Shown: positions 45,880 to 55,454 of the stretch, piece by piece | Position numbering within the stretch: position 1 is the first letter of the stretch | How the letters are laid out: each line of letters begins with the position of its first letter | Assembly (NCBI GenBank): GCA_963803435.1 | Contig: CAWDML010000005.1 | Coordinates: 456,252-520,251, forward strand | Reading direction: 5' to 3' | Source: an uncultured delta proteobacterium | Lineage (GTDB): Bacteria; Myxococcota; Kuafuiibacteriia; Kuafuiibacteriales; Kuafuiibacteriaceae | DNA length: 64,000 nucleotides | The notes under the pieces: generated by a model | What the model was told of the DNA's origin: nothing | Seen by the model: only the letters and a program-made list of their open reading frames with translations | Databases searched by the model: none | Made by a program: the position numbers and the translations under genes

Positions 45880-47367
45880 ATGGCGGATGAGATGCAATTC
45901 GGGGCGGAGAGCGGCCCCGATCAGATCTATGTCGTGGATCGATGGAGTCAGTATCAATGGCGTCGCTACGTCGAAGGCGAGGAGACGGCGCAGGATCTTC
46001 TCAAGAACGGCGGCAAGCGGAGCTACAGCTTCCCGCGCTTCTGTCGAGAGACCTTCACCCGGCTCTTCGCCGACGATGTGCGCCCCGTGGATCGGATGAA
46101 GCCGGAGGATCAGTGGGCGGCCAATGCTCACCGGGAGCTGGGAGATCTTCCTGACTTCGACCGGCTTCGCCGACGGTGCCGGGCGGACAGGATCACCGCC
46201 GGCACGGCAGCAGTAGCCTTCGCGGAGGTCGTGCTCCAGAAGCTGCCGCCCATGAGCTCGGAGAATCCGGAACAGCTCCGGGAGCAGATCAGGGGGCTAC
46301 TCCAGTTTGCGAAGAACCTGGCGGCCACGAATGGCGTCACGAAGGAAGTCGACGACCTGGTCTCCGACCTCCGGCACGAGGGTCAGGAGGCGGTCCATCG
46401 CGCTCTCGACCATGCACGTGCGGTGGACGTCTCGGAGCTTCGAGGCGTCCTCCGCGGTGCATGCCACGCCGCGCACCGGGCAGTGGACCAAGTGGACATC
46501 CAGATCGGAGCGTTCTGCGGCTGGGGCGGTGGGCCCAGCGCTGAGCAGACGGTTGGAGTCGAAGTGAAGGCTGAGCTCGCCCGGTACGTCGCCAGGAGCG
46601 AGAAGCTCCAGGCTCTGGCTCGAGAGGCAGGGCGTCTTCGACGCATCGCAGCCGCGAAGCAGCGGACAAGGGTGGACCAGGCGCGGGAGGAGGTCGTCGA
46701 AATCGAGCTCGGCGCGGACATCGATAGAGTGTTGCCGTCCGAACTGGTGCTGCTCGCCGATCCTTGGCTGTCTCTAGAGTTCGCTCGTCGATTCTGCGAG
46801 CGAGGTTTGCTTCAGTACAAACTGGGTGGCAAAGAGGCGCTCGGGAGGGGGCCTCTCGTCGTGTGCATCGACGAGTCGAGCTCGATGGAGGGCGCGAAAG
46901 AGATCTGGGCGAAGGGCCTCGCTCTTGCTCTCCTTCAGGTTGCGACGACGCAGCACCGTTGGTGCCGGGTCGTGAGCTTCAACTCGACCGTGGTCGACGT
47001 GCGCGACTGGCACCCCGGCAAGGTGGACCCTCTCGAGCTGGTGCGAAGCATGGAGCGCTTCCACGGCGGAGGAACCTCATTGGAGGCACCCCTAACGAGT
47101 GCTCGGGAGTCGATCGAGAGCCACCGCAAGTTGAGACGCTCCGACGTTGTGCTGATCACCGACGGTGAATCCGAGGTCGGAGCGGATTTCATCGAGAATT
47201 GGAAAGAGGCACGGCGCAGGCTCGAATTCGCCTGCTACGCCGTGCATGTCGATGCCCCCGGCGGCATCGCTCCTCGAGTGTTTGCCGAGCTCGCGGATGT
47301 CGTGATCGGCCTGGCGGACCTGGCCAACGACGGCCTGGCCACGGACGCGGTCTTCGGCAGCATCTGA
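45880..47367 (+). CDS. VWA-domain protein (ViaA-like partner)
   Basis: MIDAS motif DESSSM, GGT, ITDG; RVLPSEL motif. Confidence 0.92.
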   Translation: MADEMQFGAESGPDQIYVVDRWSQYQWRRYVEGEETAQDLLKNGGKRSYSFPRFCRETFTRLFADDVRPVDRMKPEDQWAANAHRELGDLPDFDRLRRRCRADRITAGTAAVAFAEVVLQKLPPMSSENPEQLREQIRGLLQFAKNLAATNGVTKEVDDLVSDLRHEGQEAVHRALDHARAVDVSELRGVLRGACHAAHRAVDQVDIQIGAFCGWGGGPSAEQTVGVEVKAELARYVARSEKLQALAREAGRLRRIAAAKQRTRVDQAREEVVEIELGADIDRVLPSELVLLADPWLSLEFARRFCERGLLQYKLGGKEALGRGPLVVCIDESSSMEGAKEIWAKGLALALLQVATTQHRWCRVVSFNSTVVDVRDWHPGKVDPLELVRSMERFHGGGTSLEAPLTSARESIESHRKLRRSDVVLITDGESEVGADFIENWKEARRRLEFACYAVHVDAPGGIAPRVFAELADVVIGLADLANDGLATDAVFGSI

Positions 47368-47459
47368 AGAACAAACAACCGCTCATCGGGCCGCGCAGAA
47401 GGCGTGCAGCGCACTCGTGTGCCCGGAGAGCTCGAACGAAATGAGAAGGAGAAGATCAG

Positions 47460-47627
47460 ATGGAGTTCATCAAGAAGGTTCTGCAAAACGACGAGGTGAA
47501 GCGCGGGGCGTCTCACTTCTTCGTCGGCCTCGCGATCGCGGCAGTCTCGAAGCTCGTCTTCGGAGATGACCAGGAGCCCGCACTCGCCTCGGACCATGAT
47601 TCCGAAGACGACGAGCGGGACGAGTAG
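47460..47627 (+). CDS. 55-aa single-TM small protein (not in the supplied ORF track)
   Basis: AAGGAG RBS; MEFIKKVLQNDEVKRGASHFFVGLAIAAVSKLVFGDDQ... Confidence 0.6.
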   Translation: MEFIKKVLQNDEVKRGASHFFVGLAIAAVSKLVFGDDQEPALASDHDSEDDERDE

Positions 47628-47692
47628 CACTCGATGCAGCGAGGCGGTGGGTTACGGCTCGCCGCCTCGCTGCACCGCATGGAGGTGTCAAA

Positions 47693-48046
47693 GTGAGAAA
47701 GAGACTTTGGATCACGGCCTCGGATCTCGCCGTCGAGCTCATGCTGCAAGCCAATCTTCTCGGCGCGGTCGCTCAAGGGGTCGGGGTGGTTCTCAGCGGG
47801 CTGGTAGCTTGGCTCGGCGATGAAGCAAGCACTTCGACAACGGGTTGGGCGCCGAGCATTGCCGTGTCACGACCTGGGATGTGGAGCGGAGTGATCGTCG
47901 TTCATCAGAACCGCGCGGCGTCGTGGCTACTCTTGCGAAGCGCGGATCAAGCCGACGTGCATGAACGCGGCGTCGATCATGGGATCAGGAGCGGATCCTG
48001 CGAGCTGGCCGACCGTCGGGCGGATCCGTTCGAGCCAATGAGCTGA
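47693..48046 (+). CDS. Hypothetical protein
   Basis: GGAGGT RBS before GTG; in operon. Confidence 0.5.
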   Translation: MRKRLWITASDLAVELMLQANLLGAVAQGVGVVLSGLVAWLGDEASTSTTGWAPSIAVSRPGMWSGVIVVHQNRAASWLLLRSADQADVHERGVDHGIRSGSCELADRRADPFEPMS

Positions 48047-48172
48047 GGCAGAAGCCTCAGCCGCACGTCGTCTCCAACGACGACTCATCAAACAAGCCAT
48101 ACCGGATCATCGGTCGGTTCCGATGACTCGAGTCTTTCAGCGTCGCCACTGGCGGCGCCACGCGGAGGTGTC

Positions 48173-48934
48173 ATGTTTTCAGGAGAAGAATTGAAGGAGA
48201 TCTATCGGCGTCTTGCGGAACCCTTTCCGGAAGAAGCGATCGAAAGAACAAAGGGAGAGATCACGCGAAAGGGATACGACACGAGCGGGCTCAAGTACCA
48301 GTACGTCGTGAACCGGCTCAACGAGGTTCTCGGACTCGGCGGATTCCGGGTCGAGCGGACATTCTCGATTCGCGAGCGCGAGGCACGAAGTGGACAGATG
48401 ATGGTCGAGGCGACCTGCGATCTCTTGATGAAGCTCGGTCGGTGGAGCGATGGAGAGTTCGTCGCATTTGCTGAGGCAACGGGAACCGGCGGGCACACGG
48501 CCACGACGGAAGCCGATGCAAAGAAGGGTGCCTTCACCAATGGCTTCAAGAAGGTCGCTGCGTTCTTCGGGGTTGGGTGGCAGGCATACGCAGGCGTCAT
48601 CGACGACGACAATCTGCCCGTCGGCTCTTCCGGCGATCCGCCGTCTCGACGGAACGGCGCCCGCTCAGAGAAGCGGCCCGTGCAGGGGAGAGGCTCCAAC
48701 GGGAGCAATGGATCGAACGGTCGGATCACGACCGCTCAGCTCGAGCGCCTGCGAGTCCTGGTCGCGGACGTCGGAGGGGATTGGGGACGGTATCGCGACC
48801 ACGTTCGGGGCGAACACAAGGTCAATGTCGAGTACTCGGATCGTCGTCTCGCGGATCAACTGATCGCGAGCCTCATTGCAACCGCAGAGAAGCGGAGAGC
48901 GAACGGCGCTCATCCATCAGGGAGGTCGCCATGA
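48173..48934 (+). CDS. Rad52/Rad22-family single-strand annealing protein (Sak-like)
   Basis: L.EPFP, YVVNRLNEVLG, DAKKGAFTNGFKKVAAFFGVG motifs. Confidence 0.85.
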   Translation: MFSGEELKEIYRRLAEPFPEEAIERTKGEITRKGYDTSGLKYQYVVNRLNEVLGLGGFRVERTFSIREREARSGQMMVEATCDLLMKLGRWSDGEFVAFAEATGTGGHTATTEADAKKGAFTNGFKKVAAFFGVGWQAYAGVIDDDNLPVGSSGDPPSRRNGARSEKRPVQGRGSNGSNGSNGRITTAQLERLRVLVADVGGDWGRYRDHVRGEHKVNVEYSDRRLADQLIASLIATAEKRRANGAHPSGRSP

Positions 48935-49779
48935 TCGCCGCAGCTCGGAGACGACCAGAGCGAGACGGGCTCCACGTGTCGGCGTCGGCGATCCGCACAC
49001 TTCAAGAGTGCGGCCGGGAGTGGTGGTATCAAAAGGTCGAGGGTCGTCCACCGGAGGATGTTCCAACAAGGCTCGTGCTCGGAGTCGCCGTCCACGAGGC
49101 GCTTGCAGTGTTCTACAGCGCGATGAGAGACGGCAAGGACCTGCCGTCGACGGTAGATCTGGCGAGGACAGCCGGTGCGTCAATGGAACGGTCGGCCGCC
49201 AGTGGGAGTGCCGTCGCCTTCGCTGAGGGCGAGGGACTCGACACGTTGGAGGCACGAGCCCTTGGGCTCCTCACCGCGTTCATGGCCAGCGGGTATCGAC
49301 CGCAGCGTGTTCTCGCGGTGGAGGAGCCTTTTGCGCTGATCTTGTCCGATCCAGAGACCGGCGAGGTACTGCCGTACGAGGAGCGGGTGGTGGGGGTCAT
49401 CGACCTGGTGGCGGAGGACGATGGGCGCGTCGTCGTCGTCGACCACAAGACTGCAGCGAGGTCCGATCGGCAGAAGGGTGAACGTGCCGATACGCAGATG
49501 GGCTTCTATTCCTGGGCGGCCAAGCAGATCCTTGGCGAGGAGGAGGTCGAGCTTCGATACCAGAACGTCATCAAGACGAAGGTCCCAAAGGTCGAGGTCC
49601 AGCCGATCGAACTGCAACGTCAGGACGAACGCGAGGCCATCGAGGCCGCAGCGGGGGCCATTGAGCTGATCCACGTCGCAATCACGCACCCGAACGGAAA
49701 GCGGTTGATGAGCCGTAGGCGATCGTGGCGGTGCAGAGAGTGCGGCTATCGGAGGCACTGCGGGGAGGATCGGACGTGA
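48931..49779 (+). CDS. PD-(D/E)XK RecB-family nuclease with predicted 4Fe-4S cluster
   Basis: SAS.I....EC, GVAVHEAL, GVIDLV, VVDHKT, Q..FY, C-terminal CRECGY..HC; ATGA overlap with the SSAP. Confidence 0.9.
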   Translation: MIAAARRRPERDGLHVSASAIRTLQECGREWWYQKVEGRPPEDVPTRLVLGVAVHEALAVFYSAMRDGKDLPSTVDLARTAGASMERSAASGSAVAFAEGEGLDTLEARALGLLTAFMASGYRPQRVLAVEEPFALILSDPETGEVLPYEERVVGVIDLVAEDDGRVVVVDHKTAARSDRQKGERADTQMGFYSWAAKQILGEEEVELRYQNVIKTKVPKVEVQPIELQRQDEREAIEAAAGAIELIHVAITHPNGKRLMSRRRSWRCRECGYRRHCGEDRT

Positions 49780-49991
49780 CTCGTCGATCGTGGCAGCTTG
49801 GTGGGCCACCCTTCGTCGAGATCGAGGGATGTCTGTTCGTGAACCTGAGCTACAAGATTGATGGGAGGCATCACGTGCGAAGGACTGCGAGATCGCTTCA
49901 GCTCCGGCGGCTTACTCTGAGCGAGGAGCAGCTCGTTCGAGAGATCCTCGCCGACGCGATGGTCGAGGGCTGGGCGCGGATCATCCGCTAG
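49776..49991 (+). CDS. Small hypothetical protein
   Basis: GTGA overlap with the nuclease stop and GGAGG RBS. Confidence 0.55.
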   Translation: MTRRSWQLGGPPFVEIEGCLFVNLSYKIDGRHHVRRTARSLQLRRLTLSEEQLVREILADAMVEGWARIIR

Positions 49992-50241
49992 GAACCGCGC
50001 ACCCGAGATCCTTGGCGATGTGCACGAGCGGCCGCCTCCGCTGCGAGGCCGGGGAGGTCAATGAGCGTGCTGAGAGATCTAGACGATTCTGATGTGCACG
50101 TCGGGCTGGGGGCGGTGAACAACTCCGCTGCCGTCAGCCCGACGTGCGGCAGATCCCGAACAGTGCAACACGACGGCGCTCAACAGGCCGGCGTGGGAAC
50201 GCCTCACTCAGTAGGCCGTGCCGGGCTCAAGAAAGGCCGGA

Positions 50242-50589
50242 TCAGGATCGTTCTCGAACCCGGTCGAGTTCTCTGGCGATGCGGAGAAGCGCTCGACGGT
50301 GATCCGTGGACCAGGAAGCGAGAAGAGCACGGAGCTCGGCGATCTCGCCGGGCTCCTTGGGAGTCGGTGGGGCGACATCGGCGAACACTTCGGCCGGCGT
50401 CATGCCCACCGCCTCACTCGCACGCAGGAGAACGTCCAGAGACGGGGTCCGCTCGCCGCGCTCCAGCAGGCCGATGTAGGAGGAGTTCACACCAACGCGC
50501 TCGGCCACCGTGGCCTGGGATAGACCGAGCTGCTCGCGCCGCGCTCTTAGCCGTTTCACGGCCTTCTTGGTGACGTTGCCGATGCCCAT
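50242..50589 (-). CDS. XRE-family HTH transcriptional regulator
   Basis: LRARREQLGLSQATVAERVGVNSSYIGLLERGERTPS. Confidence 0.92.
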   Translation of the reverse strand: MGIGNVTKKAVKRLRARREQLGLSQATVAERVGVNSSYIGLLERGERTPSLDVLLRASEAVGMTPAEVFADVAPPTPKEPGEIAELRALLASWSTDHRRALLRIARELDRVRERS

Positions 50590-50680
50590 CCCCGTCGGGT
50601 GCGATGGTCATGTGTTGGTATCGAGAGCGCTACGATCTGTAAGTATTGAATCCCATCATGACTCCCAGTAGCTATGACCC

Positions 50681-51493
50681 GTGCGACGTCGAGTACAGGG
50701 CTTAAGCCCGCCGTCATCACGGTGCCCCCAACCTTGGTACGGAGTTGGCCAGGAAACACGTTGGCTCAGAGGTCGCGCCGCCATTGCAGCGCTGGCGTCG
50801 ATGATGTTGCTCCTTGCCTGTAAAGAGGACGTTCCGATTGCCTCGGCCGATGTTGGCGTGCCCGCAACAACCGTCCAGGCTGCGGTTCAGCACCCTCGTA
50901 CCTCACCACCAACGCTAGACGCGGTTGCTCCGATCATTGCGGCCATCAACAGCGCCCAGATCGACAAGCTCCCGACACTGCTTCATCCCGACGCCATCCG
51001 CGACGATCAACAGCACTGTGCCAGGCAGGCAAACTGTGACGCCCTGCTCGGGAAGGCACGTTGGCTTCCAGAGGTGGCCAGGGCCTTCAAGTGCGTCACC
51101 AGCACGAACACAAGCCCGGTAAATCCGGCGTGCACGGAGGAGGCCGCCAGGGACGAGACATATCTCTGGCTGCGCTGGCTGAAGGATCTCGGTCTCACTC
51201 CCTGTGAAGCCGGTGATTCCGTCTGGACGGACACCGAACATCCCATCGCGGCCATTCCACTGCGGTGCCAAGGAGCAAATGGAGCGGTGCCCCTTCGTCT
51301 CTCCGACGAAGGCAAGTGGATGCTCACGTCAGGTTACGAGAGAGACCGCCCGATGAACAATGAGTCCGGCTTCGGGTGGGGCATGGATTTTCGCATCTAC
51401 GTGGAGAGCGCGTTCATCGACAAGACCGTTCAAGATCACCGATGGGCTCGGATGGTCGCGAAGGCCAAGAAGCAGAGCGGAGGAGCCAAGTGA
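50681..51493 (+). CDS. Putative lipoprotein
   Basis: Hydrophobic signal ending LLAC; start uncertain. Confidence 0.65.
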   Translation: MRRRVQGLSPPSSRCPQPWYGVGQETRWLRGRAAIAALASMMLLLACKEDVPIASADVGVPATTVQAAVQHPRTSPPTLDAVAPIIAAINSAQIDKLPTLLHPDAIRDDQQHCARQANCDALLGKARWLPEVARAFKCVTSTNTSPVNPACTEEAARDETYLWLRWLKDLGLTPCEAGDSVWTDTEHPIAAIPLRCQGANGAVPLRLSDEGKWMLTSGYERDRPMNNESGFGWGMDFRIYVESAFIDKTVQDHRWARMVAKAKKQSGGAK

Positions 51494-51691
51494 AGCTGCC
51501 GTGCCCCATCTGCGCCGAGGAGTATCCAAGAGTCGGCCAGAAAGTGCCGGTTCTGTGGCGAGTGGCTCACCAGCACCGGCTCCGCACCGCACACGAAGGG
51601 GAGGCCTCCCCACGCCCTCAACGCCGGTCAGTTCGGAGGGTTCCTGATTCTCTTCGTCATCGTCGGTTTGGTCGCGGGGTTCGCCGTTACC
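51490..51691 (+). pseudogene. Zinc-ribbon membrane protein, 5' part (IS-interrupted)
   Basis: CPICAE...KCRFCGEWL (one indel at about 51522) then TM GGFLILFVIVGLVAGFAVT ending at the GTTACC target. Confidence 0.75.
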
Positions 51692-51808
51692 TGCGGATGT
51701 CAAACACCAGCCAAGGTCGAAACCCCGGACTCGCAACAAGAGAGGATCGGCCCGGTCGACCGGCTGGCCGAGGACCGCGGAGGCAGGATCGAAGGGGGCT
51801 ACGCCGGG

Positions 51809-51832
51809 GCGGCATTTGGGGATGCCGCTTTT
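51809..51832 (+). terminator. Intrinsic terminator-like hairpin in the IS end (same in copy 2, 55358-55381)
   Basis: GCGGCAT-ttgggg-ATGCCGC-TTTT. Confidence 0.55.
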
Positions 51833-51905
51833 CCCGGCTCCGCCCTGTGCCGGCCAGCCTCTGTTGAGATGAGTCGTCGCCCGCAACTTCGCTTGCAGCC
51901 CCCGA

Positions 51906-53835
51906 TCACCTGATCGGCCAGACGAGGCGTGCGAGACGGCGCTCGAGTGCAGAACGGTCGCGCGTCGAGAGGGAGAAGTGAGCGTGGATCCGTCGGGCGA
52001 GCGAGCGAAAGTGGTCTCGATGGAGCTCGTCAGGCTGCTCGCGCAGGAGGCTTGCGGTCGAGTCGATCCAGAAGAAGCGATCGATCATCCGGTCCGCGGA
52101 GAGCGCGCGGTCGATGAGATCTCGGAGCGCGGCTTTGGGCTCTTGGTGAAGCGCGAGCACGGCGCGCTTCTGTTCGTCGAGGTGAGCGAGCCAGTGGTCT
52201 CTGAGCGCGACGCGCTCGTTGATGAGCGCGAGGGTGATGGCGTCGGCTTCGTGGACGTGGGCGAGGTTCTTGACGATGCCGAGGAGGTATCGCGCGTCGG
52301 CGGAGTCGGGGAGCGTGCCGCGGTTCCGCTTGCCCTCGAAGATGGCGATGCTCTCGGCGACAGTGTCGCGGTCGTAGCGTGCGATGGCGGTGCGGAAGTG
52401 ATGCTCGGGATCGAGGAGACCGAGGCGCGCGAAGGCGTCACCGAGCGCGTGGAGGACGAGCGGGTCCGACCGTGCAAGCTGAGTTGCATACGCTCGTTCC
52501 TGTCGTCGCCGGCGTTCTTCGAGGGCCTGCTTGGCCCGCGCGATCTCCTCCTCGGTCCGCGATGAGGAGAGGTAGAGGTCGACGCGGGTCCTCCAGGATC
52601 GGTCTTTACGCGGGCGATGGTTGAGCGTTCGCGCGAAGGTCTGGACGCGCAGTCGGAGGAGTTCGCGGGCGAGCTCGCGCGGGGTGGTCGCGCGGACGGC
52701 GAGCGGGGGCGCCTCCTGGGAGAAGAGCCCGAAGGCGCCCTCCACGTGCGCCTTGTTCTCGGGCCGCCCGAGCGTGGCGCGGATGCGAAGCGTATCGCCC
52801 AGCGCGGCGTCGACCTCATCGGTGTGATTCGAAGGACGGTTGTCGAGGAGCAAGGCGAGTGGCGGTGCGCCGGTGGTGTTCACTCCGTCCTCGAAGGACT
52901 CGACGACGGCGCCGCTGTCCTCCTCGTCGCGGATCGAGGCGCCGACGAAGGCGCCGGAGGCGGTGTCAACGTCGAGCTCGAGGTTGAAGAGGAACGGTTC
53001 GTCGTTGACGTGCACGAGGACCTCCATGCCGTCTCCGACCCACTGAGCTCCGGGAAAGAAGCTCTCGAAGGTGTCCTTGGTCGCCTTCTCATCAGGAGAC
53101 CGTCCTTTCCTCGGACGCGGTGTCCGTTCGCCGTGGACGAAGAGGATGCGTGCGATGAACGAGCCGCCGTAGGGCAGGCGCAGGTGTTGGCGGACGTGGG
53201 AGACGAACGAGGAGAAGTCTCCGCACCAGGTCTTGTAGGCGGCGAGGATCGATTCGATGTGGATCGAACGCGCCTCGTCGGGCTCGGCGACGGGCTCGTC
53301 GTTGGTTGATGCGACCGGTTCGAGCGCATCGCCTTGGGTGCGGCGCCAGTCCTCGAGGGTGGGCAGAGGCACGCAGGTGGCCGCTGCGAAGCGGGCGAGC
53401 TCGAGGTCCGGGTGCGCCTCGCGGAGCTCGAGGATGCGGACGCGGAAGGCGTCGGAGTAGATGCGGCGTAGTGCCGTCCCCGAGACGCAGCCGGGATGGG
53501 CCATGACGAATTCGAGCACGGCGTGCGCGATGACGAGGTCCTCACCCGAGAGCGGACGAGGATCCGATCTCACCGGCCGCCCGACGGCGCCGACCAGCCC
53601 CAAGAGCACCTCTTCGAGACGGGCAGCGATCTCGTAGGCGCGGCTCTTCGCAACCTGGGTGGCCTCGAGGATCGCCGCGACGCTGGGATGAGGGAGCCCG
53701 AGGCGATCGAGGTGCTGGCGCGCGCACAAAAGGAGCGCCGCGAGGGCGGTGGAGGGGACAGCGGGCGTGGGATTCGAGTAGAGCAGTCAGCGGCGGGTCC
53801 TCCGGTTCCTCGGAAAGGTTTGTTTCGCAACTCAC
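51906..53835 (-). CDS. Long rve/DDE integrase-core protein (copy 1, 1-bp frameshift at about 53773)
   Basis: QWVGDG, LLLDNRPSN, PENKAHVEGAF, LNHRPR. Confidence 0.85.
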
Positions 53836-53866
53836 CCTTGCCGCAGGAGGCGAAGGACCGCCACCT

Positions 53867-55147
53867 TCAATCGCGAAGCTCGAGGATCCGGCGGCCCATC
53901 AACCAGACCTCGGGCACGCCGTCCTTGGTGACGACCTTGAAGAGCTCGAGCCGGCGATCGCGCAGATCGAGATCGTCCTTGTCCTGTCCGGCGCCGGCCT
54001 CAATGCGCGCGAGGACCTCGTCCGCCCGCCCGTAGTACCGATCCGCCGGAACGAGCAGACCGCCGAGCGCGTGGTGGGTCCGCGCGTGGTTGTACCAGTG
54101 CAGGTGCGCGGCGAGCCGGCGTCGCATCTCCGCGAGGTCGTAGAACCGGTTCACGTCGAACAGCTCGGTGTGGAGGTTGCCGTTGAACGCCTCGATCTTT
54201 CCGTTCCACTCCTTCTCCTGGGCCACGATCTGATCGATCCCGAGCTCCGTCAGGTACGCGGTGAAGCGCGAGACGCCGCGCCACGACCAGAACGCGGCAC
54301 CCTTATCGTGCAGCACCATCTCCGGCTTTCCGTGACGCGCGATCGCGTCCTCGAAAGTCTCGATCACGAAGTCGGCGCGCTCCGCGTCGCTCACGCCGTG
54401 TCCGGTGACGAAGCGGGCGCAGTCGTCGAGCAGGATCAAGGTGTGGGCATCAGCGCGGTTGATGAAGCGATGCACGTAATCGAGGTGCCACATGTGATTG
54501 GGTCGCACGGCCTCGAACCGCTCGTCGTGCTTCTTCCTCTTCACCCGCGGCGGTCGGTAGCCCGCGTCCTCCATTACCCGCCGCACCGTCCGCGTCGAGA
54601 CCTTGATGCCTTTGCGCCGGAGCTGGTTCCGGATCTGGCTGGGGCCGAGGCCGGGGTGACGCTTCCACTCGGCCAGGATCTCCTGGTCACGCTGCGCCTC
54701 GATCTCGTCCGGTGCCGGTCCGCTCGTCGGTGCGGGGGCCTCACCCTTCGCCGCCTTCCTCGCCTTCGCGCGCCAGTCGTAGACGGTGAAGCGACTCATG
54801 CCCAGCTTCTCGGCGGCGGCCTGCACGCCGTGCTTCGACGCGTACTCGACGGCTTCGGCGATCTGCGAGGGCGTGTACTTCTTCGCCGTGCGGCCCCGCT
54901 CTACCTTCGCCTCGCCTCCTCGCTCCTTCTTCAGCTTGCTAGCCAACCTTCGTTTCGAATTGCTTCGAGCACTTCGCTCTTCACGCGACTTCGCGAGCCA
55001 GCGACTGACGTTGCTCTGATCGATGCCATGCTTCTTCGCCGCCGCGCAGACGCCGATCTTCTGCGCCTCGTCGACGACAGCGCGCCGCTGCTCCTCGGTG
55101 TACGAACGCCGTTCCTTGCTGCGCCTGCCACGTCTCTTCGTTGCCAT
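53867..55147 (-). CDS. IS481/IS3-like DDE transposase (copy 1)
   Basis: Tandem N-terminal HTHs; PNHMWHLD, LHDKGAAF, NGKIEAFN, WYNHARTHHALGG. Confidence 0.92.
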   Translation of the reverse strand: MATKRRGRRSKERRSYTEEQRRAVVDEAQKIGVCAAAKKHGIDQSNVSRWLAKSREERSARSNSKRRLASKLKKERGGEAKVERGRTAKKYTPSQIAEAVEYASKHGVQAAAEKLGMSRFTVYDWRAKARKAAKGEAPAPTSGPAPDEIEAQRDQEILAEWKRHPGLGPSQIRNQLRRKGIKVSTRTVRRVMEDAGYRPPRVKRKKHDERFEAVRPNHMWHLDYVHRFINRADAHTLILLDDCARFVTGHGVSDAERADFVIETFEDAIARHGKPEMVLHDKGAAFWSWRGVSRFTAYLTELGIDQIVAQEKEWNGKIEAFNGNLHTELFDVNRFYDLAEMRRRLAAHLHWYNHARTHHALGGLLVPADRYYGRADEVLARIEAGAGQDKDDLDLRDRRLELFKVVTKDGVPEVWLMGRRILELRD

Positions 55148-55454
55148 CTACAACCCCCCGCCGCCGAGAGATTGCCTTGCACCCGGTCCGGGATTTCAGG
55201 CCTCGGCAGCCATGGAAGTTGTTGAGCAAGCGCAGTTACCTGCGGATGTCAAACACCAGCCAAGGTCGAAACCCCGGACTCGCAACAAGAGAGGATCGGC
55301 CCGGTCGACCGGCTGGCCGAGGACCGCGGAGGCAGGATCGAAGGGGGCTACGCCGGGGCGGCATTTGGGGATGCCGCTTTTCCCGGCTCCGCCCTGTGCC
55401 GGCCAGCCTCTGTTGAGATGAGTCGTCGCCCGCAACTTCGCTTGCAGCCCCCGA

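Larger units (their letters stand above)
51692..55234 (-). mobile_element. Insertion sequence, copy 1 (3543 bp, two DDE genes)
   Basis: Imperfect TIRs TGCGGATGTCAAACA / TGTTGAGCAAGCGCA; flanked by GTTACC at 51686-51691 and 55235-55240. Confidence 0.92.

Noticed and set aside
48931-49779. Cas4-like nuclease as evidence of CRISPR-Cas
   Set aside because: No cas1/cas2 and no repeat-spacer array seen in the window; context is an SSAP-coupled exonuclease.
50061-50573. 170-aa plus-strand ORF with an RBS
   Set aside because: Mostly antisense to the clear XRE regulator and has no motif support.
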